From assembly GCA_964481185.1 (NCBI GenBank), contig CAYZSY010000003.1:1-40927 (forward strand): a DNA stretch of 40,927 nt. Direction: 5' to 3'. The position numbers and the translations under genes were made by a program. The stretch is from Candidatus Woesearchaeota archaeon. Its GTDB lineage: Archaea > Nanobdellota > Nanobdellia > Pacearchaeales > GW2011-AR1. A model generated the notes under the pieces. The model did no database searches, was not told the origin of the DNA, and saw only the letters and a list, made by a program, of their open reading frames with translations. Shown here piece by piece: positions 34,248 to 40,927 of the stretch. Each line of letters starts with the position of its first letter. Within the stretch, counting starts at the first letter, position 1.

Positions 34248-35213
34248 ATGCAAAAAGAGAGAATTCTCATAACAGGTGGCGCAGGATATCTGGGAAGTGT
34301 TTTATCAAGGCACATTATTGAAAGAGGAAATCCTGTTACAATAGTTGACAATTTGATGTACAATCAAGATTTTGCTACAGGCCTTAAAGATAATCCTCTA
34401 TTTGAGATTATCAAGGGAGATGTTAGAGACAAGGAATTAATTAGAAGAGCCATTAGAGATAAAGAGGTTATAATTCCTTTAGCTGCTCTTGTTGGAATGC
34501 CCATTTGTAATAGAAATCCTGAAGATGCTCTATCAATTAATCGGGATGCAGTGATTATGCTCAATGAATTAAGAGGAATTAATCAAAAGCTTGTTTACCC
34601 AACAACCAATAGCGGCTATGGCACAAAAACAGGAGAAGTTTTCTGTACAGAAGAAACTCCTTTGGACCCTATTTCTGTTTATGGGATATCAAAATGCGAA
34701 GCTGAAAGAGCATTGCTTGAATCGGCAAAGCCAGCCATAACTTTTAGATTTGCCACTATTTTTGGATTTTCTCCAAGAATGAGGCTCGACTTGCTCGTGA
34801 ACGATTTCGTATTTAGAGCAATGACTGAGAAAAAACTTGTGTTATTCGAACCGCATTTTAAAAGAAACTATTTACATATTAAAGATGCAGCAAGAGTATT
34901 CATGCATGCTATTGATAATTTTGATTCTATGCATGGCAAGCCGTATAATGTTGGATTAGAAGACGCAAATTTGTCAAAAATGGAGCTAGCCTTGAAAATA
35001 AAAAGTTATATTCCAGAATTAGATATTAGCGAGGGAGATGGAAAAGACCCTGATCAAAGAAACTATATTGTTTCCAACAAAAGAATAACGGATACAGGAT
35101 TTAGAACAAACTTTTCATTGGATTATGGTATAAAAGAGCTTATTGGTCTTTATGAAGAGATACTAAAAAAGGAGACACCTGCAAATATAAGAAAACGCAT
35201 GGCAAATATATGA
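34248..35213 (+). CDS. Extended SDR NAD-dependent NDP-sugar epimerase/dehydratase
   Basis: RILITGGAGYLGSVL, PTTNSGYG, VYGISK (YxxxK), RNYLHIKDAA. Confidence 0.6.
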   Translation: MQKERILITGGAGYLGSVLSRHIIERGNPVTIVDNLMYNQDFATGLKDNPLFEIIKGDVRDKELIRRAIRDKEVIIPLAALVGMPICNRNPEDALSINRDAVIMLNELRGINQKLVYPTTNSGYGTKTGEVFCTEETPLDPISVYGISKCEAERALLESAKPAITFRFATIFGFSPRMRLDLLVNDFVFRAMTEKKLVLFEPHFKRNYLHIKDAARVFMHAIDNFDSMHGKPYNVGLEDANLSKMELALKIKSYIPELDISEGDGKDPDQRNYIVSNKRITDTGFRTNFSLDYGIKELIGLYEEILKKETPANIRKRMANI

Positions 35214-35740
35214 TAAAAAGAGCTGTTTTTTTAGATAGAGATGGGGTAATTTGTAAGGAGAAAAATCTATTTTACGGTGGGAAGCCCATACTTAGACCAG
35301 AGGATTTTGAGTGGATTTATGGCTCTAAAACTGCATTGAGAGAATTGAAAGAATTAAATTTTAAAACATTCGTTGTTACGAACCAGTCATCCATCAGTAA
35401 AGGCATTCTGAATTTTAAGCAGTTTATGAGAATAAATCAGCCAATAATCGAGGAGCATCCTGAAATTCATTTTTACTGTTGCCCGCATAGAAGAGAAGAA
35501 AATTGTTCCTGTAGAAAACCCAAGATAAAATTTCTTCTTCAAGCTAAGAAAGAGCACGGAGTTTCATTAGAAGATTCTTATGTAATTGGAGACAAAACGC
35601 AAGATATTCTGATGGGAAAAAATGCAGGATGCAAAACAATTCTCGTTAGAACGGGATATGGTGGAAGAGACGAGTTGTACAAAGTCAAATATGATTTTGA
35701 GGTCAGAGATTTTTTGGAGGCAGTCAGATTCTTAAGATGA
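35210..35740 (+). CDS. gmhB: D-glycero-D-manno-heptose 1,7-bisphosphate phosphatase (HAD-IIIA, GmhB-type)
   Basis: AVFLDRDGVI (DxDG nucleophile motif), VVTNQSSISKG, the Zn-finger insert CCPHRREENCSCRKPK, and GDKTQDILMGKNAG. ATGA overlaps on both sides. Confidence 0.8.
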   Translation: MIKRAVFLDRDGVICKEKNLFYGGKPILRPEDFEWIYGSKTALRELKELNFKTFVVTNQSSISKGILNFKQFMRINQPIIEEHPEIHFYCCPHRREENCSCRKPKIKFLLQAKKEHGVSLEDSYVIGDKTQDILMGKNAGCKTILVRTGYGGRDELYKVKYDFEVRDFLEAVRFLR

Positions 35741-37758
35741 AAGCGATTATTCTTGCAGGGGGTTTTGGAACAAGATTAAAAAGCATACTTGGAGATATCC
35801 CCAAACACATGATAATGATTGCTGGCAAGCCTTTCTTAGAATACCAGATAATGTTTCTTAAGAAACAGGGGATAAATGAGATAATCTTAGCAGTTCATCA
35901 TATGTCAAATAAGATAAAATCTTATTTTGGCAATGGGTCGAGATTGGGTGTAGATATAATATATTCTGAAGAAGAAACCCCTCTTGGTACAGGCGGGGCA
36001 ATTAAGAATGCACAAAGATACATAGATGATACTTTCTTGGTTCTAAACGGAGATTCTTATTCTCAGATAGATATTCAGAAATTTTTAGAATTTCACCGCT
36101 CCAAAAATAGCATTTCTACAATAAGCATAATGAAAACCAATGATTCTGAAAATTATGGCAATATTATTCTAGATGGAAGCAAAATAACAGACTTTTCGGA
36201 GAAAAAAGAGTCTACGGGGGGATTTGCCAATAGCGGAGTATATATCTTAGAACCAAGCATTTTCAAATATATAGAACATAACAAAAATATCTCTCTTGAA
36301 AAAGAGATATTCCCAAATTTAGCAAAAGCAGGTTTAATGCAAGGATATTTCTATAATGGTTATTTCATGGATATAGGCAGGCCTGAAACATATAATCAAT
36401 TTAAAAAAGATGTTATTGACACCCTTTTCTTAAGCGAAAGAAACAAAATAAGGGAGGCTATACAAAGAATCTCAGAAAGCAGAATAGACGTTATTTTAGT
36501 TGTAGATGAGAATAAGAAGTTTCTTGGCATTTTAAATGACCAGCTTATTAAAGAGTTTATACTAAAAGGAGGAAATGTCGACGATAATGTTGGGATGGCT
36601 ATAAGAAAAGACCATGTAACTGCAAAAATAAACGACGATCCTAAAAAAATATCAGATATTCTCATATCTGGAATTAACCCTCTTCCAATATTAGATGATA
36701 ACGGGAGAGTAAATACAATAGAATTCCTGGAAGAAAAAATAAAAGCTGAAAATTTCCCAATTGTTAGAGGTAAAGCCCCCCTTAGGATAAGTTTTGCTGG
36801 TGGCGGAACAGATTTGCCTTATTTTTTTAGAAAATATGGGGGCGTTGTTATCAATGCGACTATTAATAAATATTGTTACGCTACTATTATAAAAAGAGCT
36901 GATTCAAAAATAATAATTAATTCAGATATTTGTGATGAGATTATTTTGGATTCAAAAAAGAGATTGGAATATGACGGAAAATTAGACTTAATCAAAGCAA
37001 TTGTAAATATTATGAAGCCTGATTTCGGTTTTGAGATTTATTTGCATAATGATATTCCTCCAGGAAGGGGGCTTGGCTCATCAGCTTCTATAGCGGTTTT
37101 AGTTATTAGCCTGTTAAGCTATCTACAAAACCTTAATTATGATGATTATAAGATTGCAGAGATTGCATATACGGCAGAGCGTGAGGAGCTAAAAATAAAA
37201 GGCGGCTGGCAGGACCAGTATGCTGCAGTAATAGGCGGATTTAATTTTATAGAATTCAATGAAGAAAAGAGCATCATATATCCTTTAAGGCTAAAGGAAG
37301 AATTGGTTCACGAATTAAAAGAGTACGTATCTCTTTACTATGTTGGAATTTCTAGGCACTCTGGGGAAGTTCATAAGAGTTGGGAAGAAACTTTTGCACA
37401 AAAAGAAGAAGATATAATAAAAAACCTTAACAATCTTAAATCGCTGACTATAAAAATAAAGGATTGTATACTTACTAATAATTTAGAGATGATAGGAAAA
37501 TTGCTGCACGAATCTTGGGAAAATAAGAAGAAATTAAGTAAAAATATATCTAATCCTGTTATCGATAATTTATACGAAATAGGGTTGAATAACGGGGTTT
37601 ATGGAGGAAAATTGCTAGGAGCAGGCGGCGGAGGTTATCTTTTGCTTTTTCATCCTTCTAAAAAGAGAAATCAGATAAAAAAGGCCTTGGAAAATTCAGG
37701 CGGGCAGCTTTTGGACTTTAATTTTGAATTTGGCGGGACTAAAATTTGGACAGCATAA
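35737..37758 (+). CDS. Tri-domain fusion: sugar-1-phosphate nucleotidyltransferase (HddC-like) + CBS pair + GHMP sugar kinase (HddA-like heptose-7-phosphate kinase)
   Basis: N-terminus MKAIILAGGFGTRL...GKPFLEYQI...PLGTGGAI...LNGDSY (NTP_transferase). The middle has two CBS-like repeats (IDVILVVDENKKFLGILNDQLIKEF; INPLPILDDNGRVNTIEF). The C-terminus has RGKAPLRISFAGGGTDLPYF and PPGRGLGSSASIAV plus GAGGGGYLLLF (GHMP kinase, COG2605/HddA-like). Confidence 0.75.
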   Translation: MKAIILAGGFGTRLKSILGDIPKHMIMIAGKPFLEYQIMFLKKQGINEIILAVHHMSNKIKSYFGNGSRLGVDIIYSEEETPLGTGGAIKNAQRYIDDTFLVLNGDSYSQIDIQKFLEFHRSKNSISTISIMKTNDSENYGNIILDGSKITDFSEKKESTGGFANSGVYILEPSIFKYIEHNKNISLEKEIFPNLAKAGLMQGYFYNGYFMDIGRPETYNQFKKDVIDTLFLSERNKIREAIQRISESRIDVILVVDENKKFLGILNDQLIKEFILKGGNVDDNVGMAIRKDHVTAKINDDPKKISDILISGINPLPILDDNGRVNTIEFLEEKIKAENFPIVRGKAPLRISFAGGGTDLPYFFRKYGGVVINATINKYCYATIIKRADSKIIINSDICDEIILDSKKRLEYDGKLDLIKAIVNIMKPDFGFEIYLHNDIPPGRGLGSSASIAVLVISLLSYLQNLNYDDYKIAEIAYTAEREELKIKGGWQDQYAAVIGGFNFIEFNEEKSIIYPLRLKEELVHELKEYVSLYYVGISRHSGEVHKSWEETFAQKEEDIIKNLNNLKSLTIKIKDCILTNNLEMIGKLLHESWENKKKLSKNISNPVIDNLYEIGLNNGVYGGKLLGAGGGGYLLLFHPSKKRNQIKKALENSGGQLLDFNFEFGGTKIWTA

Positions 37759-37766
37759 ACTAGATA

Positions 37767-38891
37767 CTAAAATCTTTTAAAATATTTGTGTAAAACATCA
37801 GAAGCGTAATCTAAATCTTCTATTGTTAAATATTGATGTACCCCAAAATGCAATCCATTATCTCCAATATATTCTGCTTCTGGAAAATCTCCCAACTTAT
37901 ACCCTAAAAATTCAAATGCCTTATGTTGAGTAGGCATACTCCCAAAATTTCTCTTACATTTTATAGAATTCTCTTCTAGAAATTTGGATAATTTGGCAAG
38001 ATTATACTTCGGGTCTTTCAAGGTAACACTGAATCCATGGGGACAGACACTTTCATAACTATTTTCTGTATTAAAATAAGCGTATTCTTTCAAGTCCATT
38101 GTTCTCTCAATTAGCCTATTTAAATTTTCTTTCCTTTTATTAAATGTCCACCAGAACCTATCTATTTCAGATAATCCTATGGATGCCTCCAAGTCATTCA
38201 TTTTTGCATTATGCCCTAATCTCACGTGATTAAAATATAAATCTCCATCTTTTCTCCCATGTGTTCTGACAGACCTTAAAATTGGGGCAATCATATCATT
38301 ATTTGTAGAAATCATTCCCCCTTCACCACAACAGACAAGATGTGCAATATAATAGCTGAAAGTCGCCATATCTCCCCAATTTCCTACGTATTTTCCCTTA
38401 AATTTTGCTCCATGTGCCTCACAAGAGTCTTCTATAACATAAAGATTATTTCTTCTCGCTATATCTACAATACTATCCATCTCACAAGGTTTGCCCATGG
38501 TATGAACAGCCATTATAGCTCTTGTTCTTGGAGTTATTTTTTCTTCTATCTTCCCGGGGTTTATATTTAGGGTCTCTTTTTCTACATCTACAAAAACAGG
38601 CTTAAATCCTGCAAGCAGAATAGACTCCCCAACTGCTGCAAATGCCAGTGCGGGCGCAATTACTTCATCCCCCCTTCTTGCTCCAAAGTCATACAATGAA
38701 AGACAAGCGCTTAAATCAGCGCTTGTTCCAGAACTAACTGCGATATTATATTTATAATCAAATAACTTTCCCCACTCTTCTTCAAATTTCTTTACTTTCG
38801 GCCCTCCAGAAGCCCAATTTGTTTCAACAACATTAAGAAGATTTTGTCTGGCTTTTTCATCTATCCTAAGTTCACCGAATTCCACTCTCAT
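37767..38891 (-). CDS. DegT-family PLP/PMP enzyme with His replacing the Schiff-base Lys: predicted NDP-4-keto-6-deoxy-sugar 3-dehydratase (ColD/E1-like)
   Basis: SSGTSADLSA, VIEDSCEAHGA and ATFSYYIAHLVCCGEGGMIST. The position occupied by Lys in the paralog at 16635 (FSFYPGKNLGSYGDGG) is His here, as in ColD and E1 dehydratases. Confidence 0.7.
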   Translation of the reverse strand: MRVEFGELRIDEKARQNLLNVVETNWASGGPKVKKFEEEWGKLFDYKYNIAVSSGTSADLSACLSLYDFGARRGDEVIAPALAFAAVGESILLAGFKPVFVDVEKETLNINPGKIEEKITPRTRAIMAVHTMGKPCEMDSIVDIARRNNLYVIEDSCEAHGAKFKGKYVGNWGDMATFSYYIAHLVCCGEGGMISTNNDMIAPILRSVRTHGRKDGDLYFNHVRLGHNAKMNDLEASIGLSEIDRFWWTFNKRKENLNRLIERTMDLKEYAYFNTENSYESVCPHGFSVTLKDPKYNLAKLSKFLEENSIKCKRNFGSMPTQHKAFEFLGYKLGDFPEAEYIGDNGLHFGVHQYLTIEDLDYASDVLHKYFKRF

Positions 38892-38913
38892 AAATTTATT
38901 CTTGTTTAGATAG

Positions 38914-38921
38914 TTTATAAA
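38914..38921 (-). promoter_or_regulatory. TATA box TTTATAAA (read on minus strand) for the DegT-like gene
   Basis: The minus-strand box starts at 38921, 30 nt upstream of the ATG at 38891. Confidence 0.4.
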
Positions 38922-38941
38922 GAAATCTATAATCTAATATA

Positions 38942-39712
38942 TTATTTTGGTTGATGAAGCTTTCTCCAGTGAGTTTCACAAGCGTTAGTTGAATTTTCTA
39001 TTTGTTCTATTCTTTTTCTAAACATTCCTAAATCCTTTTCTTCACTCTCCGTTTGTTGCCTTGGATGAACATAATCAATTTCTACACTAGCCACCCTCTC
39101 ACCAGCACTAATAGCGTCTATAATTGGGATTAGAGTAACCTCCCATTTGTCCCCATATTCTCCTTTATATTCTGTAAAATAACTTGAGAACTCTCTTTTC
39201 CATATTCTTGGACCAAAGCAATAATCTAAATCCCTGCCTGTAAGTTCTCTTAAAAAAGTATTGCAAAGGAGTTCTGCATACTGTTGTACAACAGGATAAG
39301 ACTCCAGAGATTTTCTTTTTGGAATAACTAAATCAGCAGAACCATCTATAATTGGTTTAACAGCCTTATCAATTTGATGTATAAAAGGTGCTTTTTCTGG
39401 CTCTGTCCAGACAATAATTTCTTTGCCACTATCATAAGCTAATTTAAAGGCCTGCCTTCTGCAATTGCCCATTCCACTCAATTCTTGTTGACATACTTCT
39501 GCTCCAAGTCTTTCAAAATCTCTTAATAATTCTGCTGAAGAGCCGCCATCAACTACAATTATCTTATATCCCAGCTCTTTCGCATTTGTTATGGTTTCTT
39601 TTGCAATCTCTGCTCTAACCAAATCATTTTCCAAAGATGACCTGTATAATGTTGTCGTAGCTATTACAATTTTATCAGAAATCTCATTTTTCATTATGGG
39701 TTTAATAGTCAT
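38942..39712 (-). CDS. Uncharacterised protein, possibly a GT-A-fold (nucleotide-diphospho-sugar transferase-like) enzyme
   Basis: IVIATTTLYRS...YKIIVVDGGSS...IIVWTEPEK...GSADLVIPKR has the strand/acidic-motif rhythm of a GT-A Rossmann-like domain, but I cannot name a family. Confidence 0.3.
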   Translation of the reverse strand: MTIKPIMKNEISDKIVIATTTLYRSSLENDLVRAEIAKETITNAKELGYKIIVVDGGSSAELLRDFERLGAEVCQQELSGMGNCRRQAFKLAYDSGKEIIVWTEPEKAPFIHQIDKAVKPIIDGSADLVIPKRKSLESYPVVQQYAELLCNTFLRELTGRDLDYCFGPRIWKREFSSYFTEYKGEYGDKWEVTLIPIIDAISAGERVASVEIDYVHPRQQTESEEKDLGMFRKRIEQIENSTNACETHWRKLHQPK

Positions 39713-39778
39713 TAACTTATAAAGATAGGGCTATTAAAGAATATTTCTCTGTTAACTTAAAGGGGCTTTTCCAAAAGA

Positions 39779-39785
39779 TTTAAAG
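39779..39785 (+). promoter_or_regulatory. TATA-like box TTTAAAG for the endonuclease candidate
   Basis: Starts 29 nt upstream of ATG 39808. Confidence 0.4.
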
Positions 39786-39807
39786 GTTAGTTTTCTCTAT
39801 TTATTTT

Positions 39808-40389
39808 ATGTTTAAGATAAAGAATAAGGAGCTAATTACTGAAATTTCTGGGGAAGCTAAACAATTCCCAAAATATACAACTCAAATAATTAATCTTGCT
39901 AATCAAAATGCACAAGGAACACGCCCAAAGGTTGTAGGGCAGTTATCAGAACTTATACAGAAATGCCCTCATAAAGAATACTCAAAATGGAAAGAATGGT
40001 ATTTACAGCAACAACCTAAAGCAATAGGAGACGCAACAGATAAGGTTTTTGCTATGGTTGAAGAATTGAAGAAAGCCATTAATCAGATTGATAAAGAAAT
40101 GGTTAAAGCATGGGTTAGAGATTTAGTAATTGATAAAACTTTTATTGGATTAAAGTTTCAAGAAGCAATTTTAAAGAGAGTAGCAAGTATGAAGAAAACT
40201 ACTTGTCGCTTATCTAATCCTCAAGAAGAAAGTAAAGGTATTGATGGTTATATTGGAAAAGAGCCAGTTTCAATAAAGCCAACAACTTACAAAACTAAGA
40301 ATATGCTAAATGAAAAGATAGATGCTAAATTTATATTCTATGATAAAAAGAAAGATGGTATAAATGTAGACATCTCACAATTAGAATAA
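39808..40389 (+). CDS. Candidate type II restriction endonuclease (possibly MjaI-family)
   Basis: 193 aa with no other recognisable domain. EESKGIDGYIGKEPVSIKP could be a PD-(D/E)xK-like E.K...D core. It is convergent with, and overlaps by 9 nt, an N4/N6 DNA methyltransferase gene. The family assignment comes from memory of size and context only. Confidence 0.4.
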   Translation: MFKIKNKELITEISGEAKQFPKYTTQIINLANQNAQGTRPKVVGQLSELIQKCPHKEYSKWKEWYLQQQPKAIGDATDKVFAMVEELKKAINQIDKEMVKAWVRDLVIDKTFIGLKFQEAILKRVASMKKTTCRLSNPQEESKGIDGYIGKEPVSIKPTTYKTKNMLNEKIDAKFIFYDKKKDGINVDISQLE

Positions 40390-40927
40390 ATGCTCTGCTT
40401 CAAATAAGTTTTCATCTTTCTTTGATACACCCTTTATTTTAGGAATTTGCATATTTGTTTCTTGATTTGTTACAACGGGAAAGCCATAAAAATTATTCAT
40501 ATATTTTGTTTTTCCTTTTTCATTTTCTCTTTTTTGAATAAATTCTTTATGATTCTGTATTCTTTGTTCTATAAAATCATTTAATTGAATGGAATTATTT
40601 ATCCTATCTTCTATCATATCGTTAAAAGTATTGTCTATTTCTACTCCTATGCTATTTCTTGCAGAAGCAATAGCCCCTAAAGTTGTTGTGCCTGTTCCTA
40701 GAAAAGGGTCTAGAACTACATCTCCTTGAACAGAAAACATATTAATTAGTCTATAAGCTAATTCAAAAGGATAAGCTCCGCTTCTTTCTCTTGTTTTTGA
40801 ATTTTCTAATTTTTGGAATGTTCCTTTTATATCTCTCCATTTATCAGAAAACCATATATTTCTTTCTTCCCAGAAAAAAGCACTTCTTTGTCTATTTTCT
40901 TTATGTTCTGGTTTTTTGAATTCTTTT
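40381..40927 (-). CDS. DNA methyltransferase, N4-cytosine/N6-adenine (PF01555-type, beta class), C-terminal part; N-terminus outside window
   Basis: My hand translation shows the frame stays open upstream of the listed Met to the window edge: ...ERSGAYPFELAYRLINMFSVQGDVVLDPFLGTGTTTLGA. PFELAxRLI plus DPFxGxGTT is the SAM-binding motif I region, which lies near the C-terminus in this family, so the DPPY motif should lie beyond 40927. Confidence 0.8.
   Translation of the reverse strand, partial: KEFKKPEHKENRQRSAFFWEERNIWFSDKWRDIKGTFQKLENSKTRERSGAYPFELAYRLINMFSVQGDVVLDPFLGTGTTTLGAIASARNSIGVEIDNTFNDMIEDRINNSIQLNDFIEQRIQNHKEFIQKRENEKGKTKYMNNFYGFPVVTNQETNMQIPKIKGVSKKDENLFEAEHLF

Noticed and set aside
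35737-37758. The 673-aa protein as a mevalonate/galactokinase-type metabolic enzyme, or as an artefactual fusion of two genes.
   Set aside because: The GHMP part has the APLRISFAGGGTDL start typical of HddA/fucokinase-like sugar kinases, not mevalonate kinase. The ORF track shows one continuous frame through the CBS linker, and the gene is ATGA-coupled to gmhB. An assembly-derived fusion cannot be fully excluded without reads.
1-40927. CRISPR arrays, tRNA/rRNA genes, riboswitch-sized leaders.
   Set aside because: The non-coding spacers I examined are all short, the largest being 146 nt at 23736-23881. They contain only promoter-like A/T boxes. I saw no repeat-spacer periodicity and no cloverleaf-compatible sequence.
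1-40927. Bacterial (for example CPR/Patescibacteria) origin of this AT-rich, streamlined, glycosyltransferase-rich contig.
   Set aside because: The STT3-type AglB has a DK-type motif and there is a GPT/AglH-type priming enzyme. TATA boxes sit at a fixed -29 from start codons, and Shine-Dalgarno sequences are nearly absent. All of this fits Archaea better. The RM pair also resembles methanogen-type systems. Marker-gene confirmation is still required.

Overview
Visibly AT-rich (roughly one-third G+C by eye, not computed), gene-dense window. Nearly all of it (387-39712) is one very large archaeal surface/protein-glycosylation (agl-type) locus. The end of a SpoIIM-like membrane protein gene lies on the left, and a small convergent restriction-modification pair on the right. 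Archaeal origin is supported by three things: an STT3/AglB oligosaccharyltransferase (WWDYGYW and DxxK motifs), an AglH/GPT-type HexNAc-1-P transferase, and TTTATAAA-type TATA boxes starting a near-constant ~29 nt upstream of many ATGs, which implies leaderless mRNAs. The streamlined layout (ATGA overlaps, convergent genes 2-25 nt apart or overlapping) fits a small-genome, DPANN-like archaeon, but taxonomy cannot be proven from this window. Gene content includes aglB (split by a frameshift at a TACT tandem duplication), an aglH-like gene, a Wzx-type flippase and a Dol-P-sugar-synthase-like GT2. It also includes about seven further GT2/GT4 enzymes, an ArnT/PMT-type GT-C and a CgeB-like transferase. 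There are at least four nucleotide-sugar branches: CDP-glucose (RfbF/RfbG-like); a WbpB/WbpD/WbpE-like trio for 2,3-diacetamido sugars; GDP-mannose (Gmd, Fcl-like) with a TylC3-type C-methyltransferase and two cupins; and GDP-heptose (GmhB plus an HddC-CBS-HddA fusion) preceded by five tandem SDR enzymes. A DegT-family enzyme has His in place of the Schiff-base Lys (ColD/E1-like 3-dehydratase signature). The most unusual content is four paralogous B12-domain (class B) radical SAM enzymes, each next to a glycosyltransferase. I propose these as an uncharacterised radical glycan- or carrier-tailoring system. Other sequence-level observations are a ~105-nt duplicated bidirectional promoter flanking one inserted gene and a GT2-rSAM-rSAM-GT4 block with deviating Arg codon usage. 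I saw no rRNA, tRNA, CRISPR array, transposase or integrase.
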